IMG/VR virus record: IMGVR_UViG_3300025141_011788
Coordinates: 3,949-67,948 of that record
Reading direction: 5' to 3' (one strand)
Length of the DNA stretch: 64,000 nucleotides
Origin: a virus
The stretch's first letter is position 1. Each line of letters opens with the position of its first letter. Below, in pieces: positions 47,342 through 57,628 of the stretch. The notes under the pieces are model-generated. The model made no database searches. It was not told the DNA's origin and saw only the letters and a list, made by a program, of their open reading frames with translations. A program made the position numbers and the translations under genes.

Positions 47342-48308
47342 TCACCCATCCGTTCATTGTACTAAACATTTTCTCTAAGTTCACATTCAAGATACCGTCT
47401 TTTATCATCATAGTTCGAATCGTCGTCTTGTTTAAGGAGTCGCCTGTATTTTGGATTGCCCAAGATAGCTCGCTCATTCCCTCCAAGGAAATGTTCGTAT
47501 CGTATAGCTGCATTATAGCATAGTTGTCCTGAACTGTCTCTTTATTTTCTAATATTTTTTGATATGCTTTTCCCGAGCTTTGCTCTGCGAAGGAAATTAA
47601 GTCATCTGGGGAGTAGCTCTGTTCTTCGATAAGAAAGGGGAACTTCGATACCACCGTCTTCGGGCCGATGCCTTTGACACCTGGGAGGTTATCGGATGAA
47701 TCGCCGATCATGGCACGAGCTAGAGCAAAGTTGTTAGGGTGGATACTGTGTTTTTCCAACACCCTAGGTACCGTTAACACCTCTTTAGCGATTGGACGAA
47801 GAAGAATAGTATCCTCGTTGCATAGCTGGATAAAATCCTTGTCCGAGGATACAATGACTTTTTGGTAGTCTTGGAATTCTGGACTTTGACGGCAGACCCA
47901 TGCAATGATGTCGTCGGCCTCTTGGTTCGCTAGTGATAGCTGAACGACTGGCATTTGTTCGAGATACTCAATAAGGCGGAACTGCTGATGGAGGCGGTTC
48001 TTCCGCTCATCCTCTGGGTTGGACATTTGGAACTCTCGGTTTAGCCGAGGTGCTTTCCTGCCGCCTTTGTAGTCCTCGTTGACCTCTTTCCGCTTAGAAG
48101 AATTGGATTGTCCCTCCCAACAGACAACCACCTCATCCGGGCTGGTCTCTCGAATGTTTTTCTGTAGGGATTTCATAAACCCCGTTAAGCCGCCGATGGG
48201 GTTGCCTTCACGGTCAAGCTGAGGAGACATTACCCAATTCCTCGTAAACATGTGTGCGCCGTCTACAACAAGTACTCGTCTTTTCCCGCTATTATTGACC
48301 ATCTTCAT
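47334..48308 (-). CDS. 5'-3' exonuclease / flap endonuclease (T4 RNase H-like)
   Basis: VVDG, YKGGR, EADDII, SSDKDF, GDSSDNLPGVKGIG. Confidence 0.92.
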   Translation of the reverse strand: MKMVNNSGKRRVLVVDGAHMFTRNWVMSPQLDREGNPIGGLTGFMKSLQKNIRETSPDEVVVCWEGQSNSSKRKEVNEDYKGGRKAPRLNREFQMSNPEDERKNRLHQQFRLIEYLEQMPVVQLSLANQEADDIIAWVCRQSPEFQDYQKVIVSSDKDFIQLCNEDTILLRPIAKEVLTVPRVLEKHSIHPNNFALARAMIGDSSDNLPGVKGIGPKTVVSKFPFLIEEQSYSPDDLISFAEQSSGKAYQKILENKETVQDNYAIMQLYDTNISLEGMSELSWAIQNTGDSLNKTTIRTMMIKDGILNVNLEKMFSTMNGWVND

Positions 48309-48750
48309 ATTCTCTAAAATCTAAGGTTCCTATGCCAAAATCGGCAGTAAACACTGCTTTTCTAATCCCGGCTTCGCTAATTGCTCTTTGACACATCTTA
48401 CAAGGACAAGACATTCCTGGTTTTTCATTTCTCCCCTTGCGAGCGACATAGATCGTTGCCCCTTGGAGCTTCTCTTTGTCCTTTACCCGATTAATCGCAT
48501 CCATTTCGGCGTGAATCGAGCGACAATATTGACCACCGTCAGGGTTAGTGCCAACTGCGCCAGGGTGAGTTTTATACCTGTTTCTCCCGATTGAAAGGAC
48601 ATTCCCGCCTTTGACCACCACCGCCACATGACGATGAAGGATGGAATCGCTATAGTCGTTGCCGTCGATCTGTCTCAACGCAAGTCGCAAGTAGCGATTT
48701 TTGATCTGCTGCCGCCCCTTGGACGGCTGAATCGGGTCTGAGATGTCCAT
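48292..48750 (-). CDS. Zn-dependent cytidine/dCMP deaminase-like protein
   Basis: HAE and PCKMC motifs. Confidence 0.85.
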   Translation of the reverse strand: MDISDPIQPSKGRQQIKNRYLRLALRQIDGNDYSDSILHRHVAVVVKGGNVLSIGRNRYKTHPGAVGTNPDGGQYCRSIHAEMDAINRVKDKEKLQGATIYVARKGRNEKPGMSCPCKMCQRAISEAGIRKAVFTADFGIGTLDFREYEDGQ

Positions 48751-48802
48751 ACCTCTTCACTCCTATTCTCTAATAACACCCTACACCCAGTTGGGCTAGG
48801 AG

Positions 48803-49879
48803 TCAACTTTCTTTTTCAGCCGTCTTAAGAACTGTCTCTTGATCTAGGATCTGGAGTACTCGCTCCTTGAACCCTTCATCTTCGAGCATAGAAAGCCAAT
48901 GACCTTGTTGGAACTTCTTAGACATGGATCCATCTGAGTACTCCAGAGTCTTCCAAGTAGTGCCGTGAACGTAGTCAGAGTCTTTAATTGCTTCAAGCCA
49001 ACTTTCTTCATCTTGGATCCCGACTTTATCGCCGCCCCATAAGATCTGGAATTTACACTTGCGACCTTGGGTCCCTCCACGAGACTTTTCGATCTTTGCC
49101 ATTACGGATGAGCCGATGCGCTCGCCAAGGGAGTTCTCAATGAAAGATGCTCGGGCTTTGCGGCCGGTGAGCCAGATTCGCAAAGTATAAGCATACAAGA
49201 GGGCTTTTCCACCAGGGGTGAAATAAGGGGTAGTCAATGCCTCGGCTGGTGTCTTTGGGATGTTGACCCGAAGTTGGTTAATCACCAAAAGGGAGTGCTG
49301 ACCTGCGTTGAGCGGGTTCAGTAGTCGTTGAAGACCAGAGCCGCAAATCTTTGGCTTGCGGAGCATACCACCAGCATTTGGGTTCAATGTCTCTGACTCA
49401 TTATCTGCGACGCACGGAGTAAACGCTAGGCTGTCCCACACAAAGAGCACTTGGTTTTCAGTCTGGGCAATAACAGCATCAATAGTGTTGAAAACAAACT
49501 CTACCGAAGTTGCTGGGATATAAAGAAGTTGGTCTAAATTGATCCCCGACTTTTCTAGAAAGGCGGCATCAATGGCTGATTCTGAATCAAAGTAGACGAC
49601 ATCCATCCCCATTTTTTGGGCATTGACGGCTGCTTGGACCGCCATATAACTCTTGCCAGTTGCCTCAAGACCTGCGACCTCTGAGATCTTCCCTACCGGG
49701 AATCCTGCTCGGGTGCCCTGCTTAATGATATTATCCAGCCAGCGAGAGCCAGTTGGAATCCAATCAGTAACGGTTGAAGGATCGTTCTCGGTGAGATTAT
49801 ATGAAACCTCAGCCTTTTTATTCAACATAGCCTTCAGTGCCTGAAGGTTGCTATGGGATTTCTTTGCTTTTGTAGCCAT
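48803..49879 (-). CDS. recA: RecA/UvsX recombinase
   Basis: IPTGS, GLEATGKS, FDSE, WDSL, INQLR, TPGGKAL. Confidence 0.92.
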   Translation of the reverse strand: MATKAKKSHSNLQALKAMLNKKAEVSYNLTENDPSTVTDWIPTGSRWLDNIIKQGTRAGFPVGKISEVAGLEATGKSYMAVQAAVNAQKMGMDVVYFDSESAIDAAFLEKSGINLDQLLYIPATSVEFVFNTIDAVIAQTENQVLFVWDSLAFTPCVADNESETLNPNAGGMLRKPKICGSGLQRLLNPLNAGQHSLLVINQLRVNIPKTPAEALTTPYFTPGGKALLYAYTLRIWLTGRKARASFIENSLGERIGSSVMAKIEKSRGGTQGRKCKFQILWGGDKVGIQDEESWLEAIKDSDYVHGTTWKTLEYSDGSMSKKFQQGHWLSMLEDEGFKERVLQILDQETVLKTAEKES

Positions 49880-49977
49880 TCCGCTTCCGCCATTTAAAAA
49901 GAAGATGAGACACCCAGTTTATCCACATTTATTACTTATGGATGGGCTGTGCCTCCCCGTGCCCTTGTTCTCAATTA

Positions 49978-50763
49978 TTAACTTAGCAGCTCGTTAAAAG
50001 CATCGTCAATATCAGTCACGGCGCCTGAATCGCCCTTAGCTGCTTTAGCTGTCTCGGCAGAACTGTTACCGAACTTAACAGTTTCGCTGCTGTTTTCTTC
50101 AGCAGTAGCTTCCGTGCCGAGTGTCTCCTCAAGGACAGCAGCAACCTGTGCCGTGGTTCGGCGCTCAAAGTGGTCGTCGAAGTTGGGCATGGTAGCCACT
50201 AGCTTGCTAATCTCTTCGTCCGTCTCAGCCAACGGAGTGGTTTTACGAGCAGGGCGAACATCCGTAGTTGGCCAACTCTGGCCGGCAGCCTTACCGTAGT
50301 CGATGCGAAGGTCAGTGCCCTCGTGGACATCGGTGATGTCACCGTACTCAGGATCAAGAACGATACCCATCAGCTTCTCATAAGTGGTTTTTGAGAAGCC
50401 CCAGAGTCTAACACCCTTGTCTTCTTCTCCTCGAACCACTACAGGTGCGAAAACTCGCATTTTAGCGAAATAGTTACGGGCAAGGGTCTTCTCCTCGTCA
50501 GAACCGTTCCAAAGCTGATTGGCGAATGAACAGACAGGGCAGTCATCGCCGTAGTTTCGCTGTGGACACAATAGGTTAGTGCGTTCGTTGGCGCCTAGGC
50601 TATAGTGAAAATGAAGGTCACAGAAGGGATCGCCATCCGCTGGCACCACTAGGCGAATTACCTGAGTGCCGTCTTGAGGTTTCCAGAAGGACTCGTTAGT
50701 GTTTCCGCCCTTGTTAGTAAGTTTCGCATACTTCTCTCGCATGCGAGCAATGTCCAAAGCCAT
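49978..50763 (-). CDS. single-stranded DNA-binding protein (T4 gp32-like)
   Basis: FWKP...IRLV, C..CPVC Zn site, YGDITD...GTD, acidic tail DIDDAFNELL; TTGACA-N17-TATATT promoter at about 50850-50878. Confidence 0.88.
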   Translation of the reverse strand: MALDIARMREKYAKLTNKGGNTNESFWKPQDGTQVIRLVVPADGDPFCDLHFHYSLGANERTNLLCPQRNYGDDCPVCSFANQLWNGSDEEKTLARNYFAKMRVFAPVVVRGEEDKGVRLWGFSKTTYEKLMGIVLDPEYGDITDVHEGTDLRIDYGKAAGQSWPTTDVRPARKTTPLAETDEEISKLVATMPNFDDHFERRTTAQVAAVLEETLGTEATAEENSSETVKFGNSSAETAKAAKGDSGAVTDIDDAFNELLS

Positions 50764-50891
50764 AGCTTCTTCCTTTCTTGCCGGGGTTCAGCCGGCTCTG
50801 TTGGTTTTTTGCCGAGACAATCTCGACGGTTGTGTAACTCTATAATACTAATATACAGGGCGATCTTAAGTCTGTCAAGAAAAAAAGTGAT

Positions 50892-51383
50892 TTATTTTTC
50901 GTTCTTGCTCTCGGCGAGTAGATCCACGATGTCATCAGGCTGTCCGTCCTCTGCTGATACATATTCTACCTCAAGAATGGTATCCAAGTCAACCTTTACC
51001 GCACGCATAGTCCCCTTAAGGGTTAGCAGGATGCTGTTCCGGTAGGACTCCCAGTCCAGTTTCAAGTTATTGCCTCTTTTGCCATGCTCAGCTTCAATCG
51101 CAGCATTTAGCCCGTTGATGGTGTAGAGGGTGTTCGTTGCCTTCTTTCGATGAAGTCGCAAGGTGAAGTATGGGGTCTTGGTAAACCGCTGCCCGTCAGG
51201 GATAGTGTTAAAGGTGACAACTCTTCTTTCGGGATTTTCAATATCCTTTAAGACAAATAAATGCTTGTTGGATAATTCATATGCCTCTAGAATCGTGTTA
51301 ATTGCTGTCTGTAGCTCTTCGTCGCCTCCGTTAACAAATGCTGCTAACAAGACCCCTTTCGATGATTTGATTTCTTCGCTCAT
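50892..51383 (-). CDS. conserved phage hypothetical protein
   Basis: RKKATNTLYTINGLN pattern; CTACTTA at 51417-51423. Confidence 0.7.
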   Translation of the reverse strand: MSEEIKSSKGVLLAAFVNGGDEELQTAINTILEAYELSNKHLFVLKDIENPERRVVTFNTIPDGQRFTKTPYFTLRLHRKKATNTLYTINGLNAAIEAEHGKRGNNLKLDWESYRNSILLTLKGTMRAVKVDLDTILEVEYVSAEDGQPDDIVDLLAESKNEK

Positions 51384-51445
51384 TTACCATAGTTCCTCCG
51401 CTCATGTGCGTTAGAATAAGTAGTTGAGCGGGGAACAAACGGATC

Positions 51446-52267
51446 TTATGTTTTCTGGGGTTCACTAGAATAGCAAGCTCGCCAGATCCTAGGGATTTCG
51501 AGTTCAACCTCGTGAATGCTGAACCCTGTGTTCACCCCTTTATCATCCTGAGTCTTCATGAACTCTTTGATTTTCCTAAAGAGTGTTCCGTCTTCTTCTA
51601 ATTGTTTTTTTGATACCCCGAAATAGTAATGACGGGTGGTGGTGTTCTGAAGGGTGAAAAAGTCCTGTGGATTCGTTTCAAAACTAAATGACGCCAAAGT
51701 GCAGATTCTCGCTCCAAGAGGAACTTCTGTTGGAATATGAACAGCCGGAGCCACATGGTTGAAGTAGTTAATCATGGAGAAGTTCGAAGTAATGTAGGTA
51801 TTTAAATATTCTTCATATTTTGCTACGGGAATGTTCTCCAACATCCCTTCTACCCTGTCCACGTCAATAATATACATCTTTTCTAATAGTCCCGAGCGGG
51901 CTAACTCCTGAAGGACCCCAAATGTGAAATTGTGGTTGGTATCCTCTTTTGTCGAGAGCGATGCCAATGACGGGATCAGATACAATACGGAGATGGTAGC
52001 GTCCTTCGCTTTTAAGATCTCCATCGCCCGAAGAAGAATCCCATTGACGGCAGCACCCGCATGTACTACGAATACAGCGTCACAGCCTCGGGGTGCCTTA
52101 CCTCTAAATGCCTTCTTTATCGTAGACTCTGGGAACTGTGCCTCATATTCCTCCATAGTATCCCCCTTCTTGGAGACCTCTAGATGGACTACAGTATAAT
52201 TTTCATCTTTCCCGAATTGAGTCAAGACAGGTTTGACGGCTTCGCCGGCACCGATTATAACACGCAC
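51446..52267 (-). CDS. degenerate tubulin/FtsZ-like protein
   Basis: N-terminal VIIGAGEA; strand plus small-residue loop VFVVHAGAAVNG; VLYLIP and MYIID strands. Confidence 0.45.
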   Translation of the reverse strand: MRVIIGAGEAVKPVLTQFGKDENYTVVHLEVSKKGDTMEEYEAQFPESTIKKAFRGKAPRGCDAVFVVHAGAAVNGILLRAMEILKAKDATISVLYLIPSLASLSTKEDTNHNFTFGVLQELARSGLLEKMYIIDVDRVEGMLENIPVAKYEEYLNTYITSNFSMINYFNHVAPAVHIPTEVPLGARICTLASFSFETNPQDFFTLQNTTTRHYYFGVSKKQLEEDGTLFRKIKEFMKTQDDKGVNTGFSIHEVELEIPRIWRACYSSEPQKT

Positions 52268-52277
52268 AGATAAACTC

Positions 52278-53504
52278 CTAAACTTTCATTTTCTTGAGAG
52301 TACCGAGGTCGGTACCGGCAGCGGCGTTAATCTTAAACTTACCCCATTTTGTCGCCTGAATAGTGTCGAGTATCTCTTTTAACAAGGGCTTGTCCTCTAG
52401 AGAGAAATCGAGCACCACACTGTCGTGGATGAGGAAGGAGATTTCAGTCTTGGCTGCGTAAGTGTCTAATAGATTGTCGAGGCGAACAGCAGCGTCGAGC
52501 GTCATGTCCGCAGAAGTGGATTGAACCAGGAAATTCAACGCATGATATTCATCCGTTTCCAAGATCCGATGGAAATCAGTAGAGATGGTCTTGCGATCCC
52601 AATAACGATCGAGCAAGGCGTCTTTGTCATAAAACTTCTCTAACACTTTTCCATACTTTATAATTTTAGGATGGCGGGAGCCGTAGAGCCAGGCAAAGAA
52701 GTTTGTCTTAGCTTCTTCTCTCGTGATGTCACCGTCAAATACATTATCGACATTCCACTGATGTACGTCCACAGAAGGTTGCTCGTGTCCTAGCATACCT
52801 AATAGTACACGAAGTTCTGCCCCGTTGTAATCAAGTTCTAAAAATAAATCATTCTTAGGCTTGATCGCTGTACGCAGTTCCTTTTTCAGAGTCAGGATCG
52901 GAAAAGACCCCTTTTCTGTGGTGAGGCGACCGGTACGGGTGCCGAACTGGTTATATCGAGTATATGGAACAGTGTCCCGCAGGAGCCTTGCCATATTAAC
53001 GGTGGCCTTGTCTGAGGAGGTCAGCCAGCGTTTGTCCATTTCCACTGTGACCCGTTGTCGGCGAATCTTCTCTAAAAGCTTGGCGGTTTGGAGTAGATGG
53101 TCATAGTTTGCCGGGCGTTCATAATTCTCAAGAACATGTTCTGTAATCCGAGTCTTCACTTCGCACAGTTCTTTGATGTCTCTGCCTGGGATCATGTCCC
53201 AGATGCAGTTTGCGTTCGTATCTACTTTTGCAATCTTAAGCGCTCGGTAATGGGCTCTCATCTTGGCAGTGGCGTTTTCCCACTCCTCTAAGAGGTGATC
53301 CGGGCATACTTCTGCGATGGTCTTTCCCTGGGTATATAAGAAAGCGTATTCCTTGTCTTGATACTTCGACAAGTGAGGGGAGTATTTCCAAGTTGCTTTA
53401 CTTTTTTTGATTATGTCCCGAACTTCGGCGTCGTCGAAGATCAAATTACCTTCGTGATAGACGCCGACGCAGGCTAGGTTTTCATCAAGTGTTTGAAAAA
53501 ACAC
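52278..53504 (-). CDS. short family A DNA polymerase (palm/fingers)
   Basis: TRTGRL, motif A LDYNGAELR, motif B REEAKTNFFAWLYG, VQSTSAD, motif C IHDS; GTG start after GAAAGGGA. Confidence 0.85.
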   Translation of the reverse strand: MFFQTLDENLACVGVYHEGNLIFDDAEVRDIIKKSKATWKYSPHLSKYQDKEYAFLYTQGKTIAEVCPDHLLEEWENATAKMRAHYRALKIAKVDTNANCIWDMIPGRDIKELCEVKTRITEHVLENYERPANYDHLLQTAKLLEKIRRQRVTVEMDKRWLTSSDKATVNMARLLRDTVPYTRYNQFGTRTGRLTTEKGSFPILTLKKELRTAIKPKNDLFLELDYNGAELRVLLGMLGHEQPSVDVHQWNVDNVFDGDITREEAKTNFFAWLYGSRHPKIIKYGKVLEKFYDKDALLDRYWDRKTISTDFHRILETDEYHALNFLVQSTSADMTLDAAVRLDNLLDTYAAKTEISFLIHDSVVLDFSLEDKPLLKEILDTIQATKWGKFKINAAAGTDLGTLKKMKV

Positions 53505-53517
53505 GGATCCCTTTCGG

Positions 53518-54741
53518 TTAAAGGATGTTCTTCTGTAAGTGGTTGGCTGCCTTGACAAACGCAGCCTCTTCCCCACCTTCATCTTCTACACTATTATAGT
53601 ACACATCGAAGAGTTCACGCAAGCCTTTTTTTGTCCTAAGTGCGTTTCCGCCTGATTTTGTTTCGTATAGACGGCAATAGTATAGCGTTTTCAACATCCA
53701 AAGCCATCCGTAGGTTCCGGTCTCGACATCAAATACGCTTCCCGAGACCATCTCCCGTAGAGTCGCTGAAGACTTGATCGTCGAAGCTTGGTCGTTGGAG
53801 ATGACAGGGCCGAAAGCATTTGGCTGTCTCTCCGCAAAAGCATTATACATCGATACAAGGTAAATCTGTAAGAGGCCGACGTCCAAGACAAGAGATGGAT
53901 AAAAATCTTGCTCATGGAACGCCTCTAAGACGGCAGAAGAGGCGGGACTATTCAAATTTAAATTCTCTACCATATACTCCTGCCCCTTGGAAGAAGAAGT
54001 GTTGAATATCAACCGCCAAGGAGCGTCCTCGTCTATAAGGAAGCCGTGTTGGGCGGCCACATTGGCAAAGAAAGGAAAATTGAGGTCGTGAACATATAGC
54101 TCACCCTTTGGGAAGTCTAAGTCATGAGGGGCATCCGCTGTATCAATGATCAGTCCCGATATATAAGGGGAACAGAAACTGCTCTCAATAAAACCAGAGC
54201 GAGTGACGGGCAGGACCGAGGAGGTGTCCCTTACAAACCGAGAGAATTCCCTTAGGAAATCACCAAAAGTTAGAATCGACCGCTGGCGGCGGGGGTCCTT
54301 TAAGTATTCATTTACAAAAAGAGGATATACAAGCCGTTTCATGTGACTGTCATAGAGGTCATCTACGGCGGTCCATGCCTGAGTTGCCTGAAGCATAGCA
54401 AATGGACTATCCTCGTGTATTCTCCCCTGGCCAGCATACTTTCTCATTCTAGTAACGAGGTCATCCCACGCTTGACCTACAAAATCAAGGGTGTACAACA
54501 CGCTTTGGTCCTTAGTATACCTTATCTGGGTTAGGCTCTTCTCCCTCACTACAAGCGGGATACCATCCGGAGATGACTTGCCGTATTTTTGATTTACACC
54601 CCGCAAGGATGTTTGATTTCGAATTAACCCTTGGGGAAAGACTTGCTCTTTATATTCCTTCCGAGAAGAGAAGGATTTTATGGTAGATAAGTCATTTGAC
54701 CCATATGCGTTGATTCTAAATGGGTTTTTCTGCTGTGCCAT
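53518..54741 (-). CDS. hypothetical, probably virion or baseplate protein
   Basis: 407 aa, end of the structural gene run. Confidence 0.6.
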   Translation of the reverse strand: MAQQKNPFRINAYGSNDLSTIKSFSSRKEYKEQVFPQGLIRNQTSLRGVNQKYGKSSPDGIPLVVREKSLTQIRYTKDQSVLYTLDFVGQAWDDLVTRMRKYAGQGRIHEDSPFAMLQATQAWTAVDDLYDSHMKRLVYPLFVNEYLKDPRRQRSILTFGDFLREFSRFVRDTSSVLPVTRSGFIESSFCSPYISGLIIDTADAPHDLDFPKGELYVHDLNFPFFANVAAQHGFLIDEDAPWRLIFNTSSSKGQEYMVENLNLNSPASSAVLEAFHEQDFYPSLVLDVGLLQIYLVSMYNAFAERQPNAFGPVISNDQASTIKSSATLREMVSGSVFDVETGTYGWLWMLKTLYYCRLYETKSGGNALRTKKGLRELFDVYYNSVEDEGGEEAAFVKAANHLQKNIL

Positions 54742-57282
54742 TTATTTTGTCCCCGCTTTTTCAGATTTAACTTGACTCTTCGACGGGGGCTTGGGGGGCG
54801 GAGGCTGATAATCGTTTTGCCAGATACACTTGATCTTCGTATCATATTTGTCCGCACTCAAGTCGTGAGTGACCTTCGAGATGAAGTAGTAGCCACCTAT
54901 TTTGAGTTTACGAGCGACTTCCTTCCCCAAGGCAAATTCAGCGTCAATATAGACTAGGGAACCTTGCCTGAACAAGGTGGTCCCGACTAGGTTAAGCTCT
55001 GCGTCCTGAGGGAGGGCGAGAACGCCAATCTTATTACTAGTGGAGGCGCCGGCCATGTTAATGGCGTGCATGTATTTGTTTTCCTGTTGGGAAAAAGAAA
55101 AGGACTTAACAGGTCCTCGATCGCCGCCGATGATTAAATGGTATATCCCCCTCCCGAGATCAGTGTCGTAGCTTCCCGTGCCCCTGTACCCTTCCCTTGA
55201 AAGAATAACAAGGTAGTCGTTATATTCCGACTGGTCGTAGCGCTCAGGCATTACTTTAGTTCCTGGGATGCCTATTATCTCTTTAGATGCTTGGTCATAC
55301 GCCTCTCCTTTCTTGAACTTCATCGGAGTGGTGAGGTTGGTGAAGTAAAAACTGTACCCTGACTTTTTAGCAGGATCTCTTGGTTTTAGTAAACCCGGCT
55401 GATTCATAGCAGGTTCAACTAGAGCCTTTAATATATCCTTGATGAAGGTTCGATAAGGATAAGTAGCCCGCTGTGGCTTTACAACCTTTTTCAAAAACCA
55501 AGCTTCGAATCCGGACATCGAAATTGGGATATCAGCGATATTGTATCGGCGGCTGTTTATCCCAGGCATAGTCTGAGGAAGTACGAACTCGGCGAGGATC
55601 AACCCTCTTGTGTCGTTTTTACTTTGTTCAGTTAAGTCATAGGCTGCATCCAGTAGGTCCCCGAGAAGCATGTAGTTCATTTTAACCTCTTTGTCACTGC
55701 TCCTCTCCTTCTGAGCGGAGCTTATGGCTTCCTCTCTTTCTGTTTTATCTGTCATCGCTGCGGCGGCAGTTACGGTCTCACTCAAGGAGGAGAAGCCTGA
55801 TCTTGCTATCCCGAACATTTTCTTGCGGGCTTTTAAACCTTCAGTCTCTAGGAACTTTTTTCGCTCCGGGGTCACGGTATCAGTGACCCAACCACTGTTG
55901 TCTAATCCTAGATATTCATCGGGAATAGTAAGCTGATATATTTTCTGGCTGTCGTTCATTTTCTTTAAGAGAGCCCCGTATCTCTCAGCCCTAGTAAAGG
56001 CGGCGATCTTGGCGGCGAGCATTTTAGACATCTCCAGAGCCTCTTCCGCCTTAGTGATCTTATCCTCGTTTTCTTCGTCGTCCGCATATTCCAGCCTGGC
56101 TATCTCTACCGCAAGAGAGTGGATGCGAATATCTGTCCTCGCCTTTCTTTCTTGTAATCTTATTGCTTTAACGGAGGGGTTCTTTGAAAGCTCCCCTAAG
56201 AAAAGCATCCGCACATAACTATCCTCATCTAAAGACTCGAAATCTGATTTGGCGCCGCCCAGAGTCCAACTATTTGTTAGGTCTTTAATCGATATCATTA
56301 CGCCGGGGGCATGGGGGCTGCCGACCAACAGGTCTGCCGTTGGACCAGACATGGCGCTATCAGCACGAGCAACATAACTTATCTTCAAGGTAGCTTGACC
56401 CTCTGAGCCGAAGGTTAAATCATACTTAGTCATCTCTAAGATGATAGTTTCTTGAGATGCCTTTACAAACTCCGCTATTCTCTTGTTATATAAAGGAGAA
56501 GCCGGGGTTATCCTCGGGGCTGCCCAACCGATGACTGCTCGAATCCTTGAAGCGGGAGGGGTGCCGACCTTTGAAAAACTTGTGTTGATCGCCTTCTTCT
56601 CTTTTTTCATTGCAGCGAGTTTTTCCTCACTTGAAATCTCCTTACCCGATGGATTATTCATAGGAGAACTTGGGTTATCTGGGTCTAGTACCGGGACTAT
56701 GAGTTCAATATATGGTCCCGAGGCTAAATCAGAAATCGATTGAAAGAATAGCTCTACCTCCGCAGTCATACTCTTCTCACCGGGGTGGTTTGTATGCTGA
56801 TCGTAGGAAAAAGATTTAATGCCAACCCCCCTACCGAGGGCGCTCTGAAAGAACTGTTCTTCAGTTGGAGGGCCAGGTGTTGGCTCGTATGGCTTCGGAG
56901 CGTCCTGTCCAACTCTGATATGGTTGCCGAAATATACTAATGAGTCTTCTAGCTTGCCATTTTTATTGGTAGGCATATATAAGCGGATCGAAGGTACCAA
57001 GGAGGATATCTCCTCAGAAGATGCCGTTAAGAAATCCTCTGCGCCAGTTGTCTTGTTTAGAATGCTGATCAATTCTGACGAGGATATTGTAACTGGTGTG
57101 ATGTGTTTAAATTCTTTGTTTTTAGGTATTTTCCTCTTGTCCCACTCGGGCGTGCCGGTATACGGGTAAGCCAGCAAGTCCATATTCTCGATAAGAAATT
57201 GCTGCTTGTTTAATCGGGTCCTGGCTATTCCGGCTTCGTCATGGGCGCTGACCGGCTCGGGCTTCTTCTTACTCTTCGCCAT
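54742..57282 (-). CDS. baseplate hub-like protein
   Basis: Follows the LysM gene; C-terminal G.LVYID...GGYYFISKVTH...Y.T resembles gpD/gp27 hub ends. Confidence 0.6.
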   Translation of the reverse strand: MAKSKKKPEPVSAHDEAGIARTRLNKQQFLIENMDLLAYPYTGTPEWDKRKIPKNKEFKHITPVTISSSELISILNKTTGAEDFLTASSEEISSLVPSIRLYMPTNKNGKLEDSLVYFGNHIRVGQDAPKPYEPTPGPPTEEQFFQSALGRGVGIKSFSYDQHTNHPGEKSMTAEVELFFQSISDLASGPYIELIVPVLDPDNPSSPMNNPSGKEISSEEKLAAMKKEKKAINTSFSKVGTPPASRIRAVIGWAAPRITPASPLYNKRIAEFVKASQETIILEMTKYDLTFGSEGQATLKISYVARADSAMSGPTADLLVGSPHAPGVMISIKDLTNSWTLGGAKSDFESLDEDSYVRMLFLGELSKNPSVKAIRLQERKARTDIRIHSLAVEIARLEYADDEENEDKITKAEEALEMSKMLAAKIAAFTRAERYGALLKKMNDSQKIYQLTIPDEYLGLDNSGWVTDTVTPERKKFLETEGLKARKKMFGIARSGFSSLSETVTAAAAMTDKTEREEAISSAQKERSSDKEVKMNYMLLGDLLDAAYDLTEQSKNDTRGLILAEFVLPQTMPGINSRRYNIADIPISMSGFEAWFLKKVVKPQRATYPYRTFIKDILKALVEPAMNQPGLLKPRDPAKKSGYSFYFTNLTTPMKFKKGEAYDQASKEIIGIPGTKVMPERYDQSEYNDYLVILSREGYRGTGSYDTDLGRGIYHLIIGGDRGPVKSFSFSQQENKYMHAINMAGASTSNKIGVLALPQDAELNLVGTTLFRQGSLVYIDAEFALGKEVARKLKIGGYYFISKVTHDLSADKYDTKIKCIWQNDYQPPPPKPPSKSQVKSEKAGTK

Positions 57283-57283
57283 T

Positions 57284-57628
57284 TTATACTCCGTATGCTC
57301 TTAAAACTCGCTCGATTGGGTTTGGGATATTCACTCGGTCGCCGATTTGTAGATCCGAGTCCATTGCTACTTTGTTAAAGAAGGCGATAACCCACCAATA
57401 GGATGCGTCGCCGTAATGTTCAGCGGCAAGTTTATAGAGTCTGTCACCATGAGACCAAGTTACACTTATGACCTCCATTTTCATTATTTCATCCACCGTA
57501 GGATAAAATAATTTCCCCGTGGTATAATGAGTGAGTTGTTTCAGGTCCCGATCACGAAGATGGGCATCGACGTACCCCTCGTCCCTGTTAACAGTTTTAC
57601 CTCGTCGGTTGAATCTTGAGACAGTCAT
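57284..57628 (-). CDS. LysM-type baseplate wedge protein (gp53/tail X-like)
   Basis: GDRLYKLAAEHYGDASYWWVIAFFN...IGDRVNIP. Confidence 0.85.
   Translation of the reverse strand: MTVSRFNRRGKTVNRDEGYVDAHLRDRDLKQLTHYTTGKLFYPTVDEIMKMEVISVTWSHGDRLYKLAAEHYGDASYWWVIAFFNKVAMDSDLQIGDRVNIPNPIERVLRAYGV

Noticed and set aside
38338-49879. Inteins or introns in dnaE, nrdJ, helicase or recA
   Set aside because: Protein lengths are typical, and I saw no intein splice motifs or homing-endonuclease insertions.
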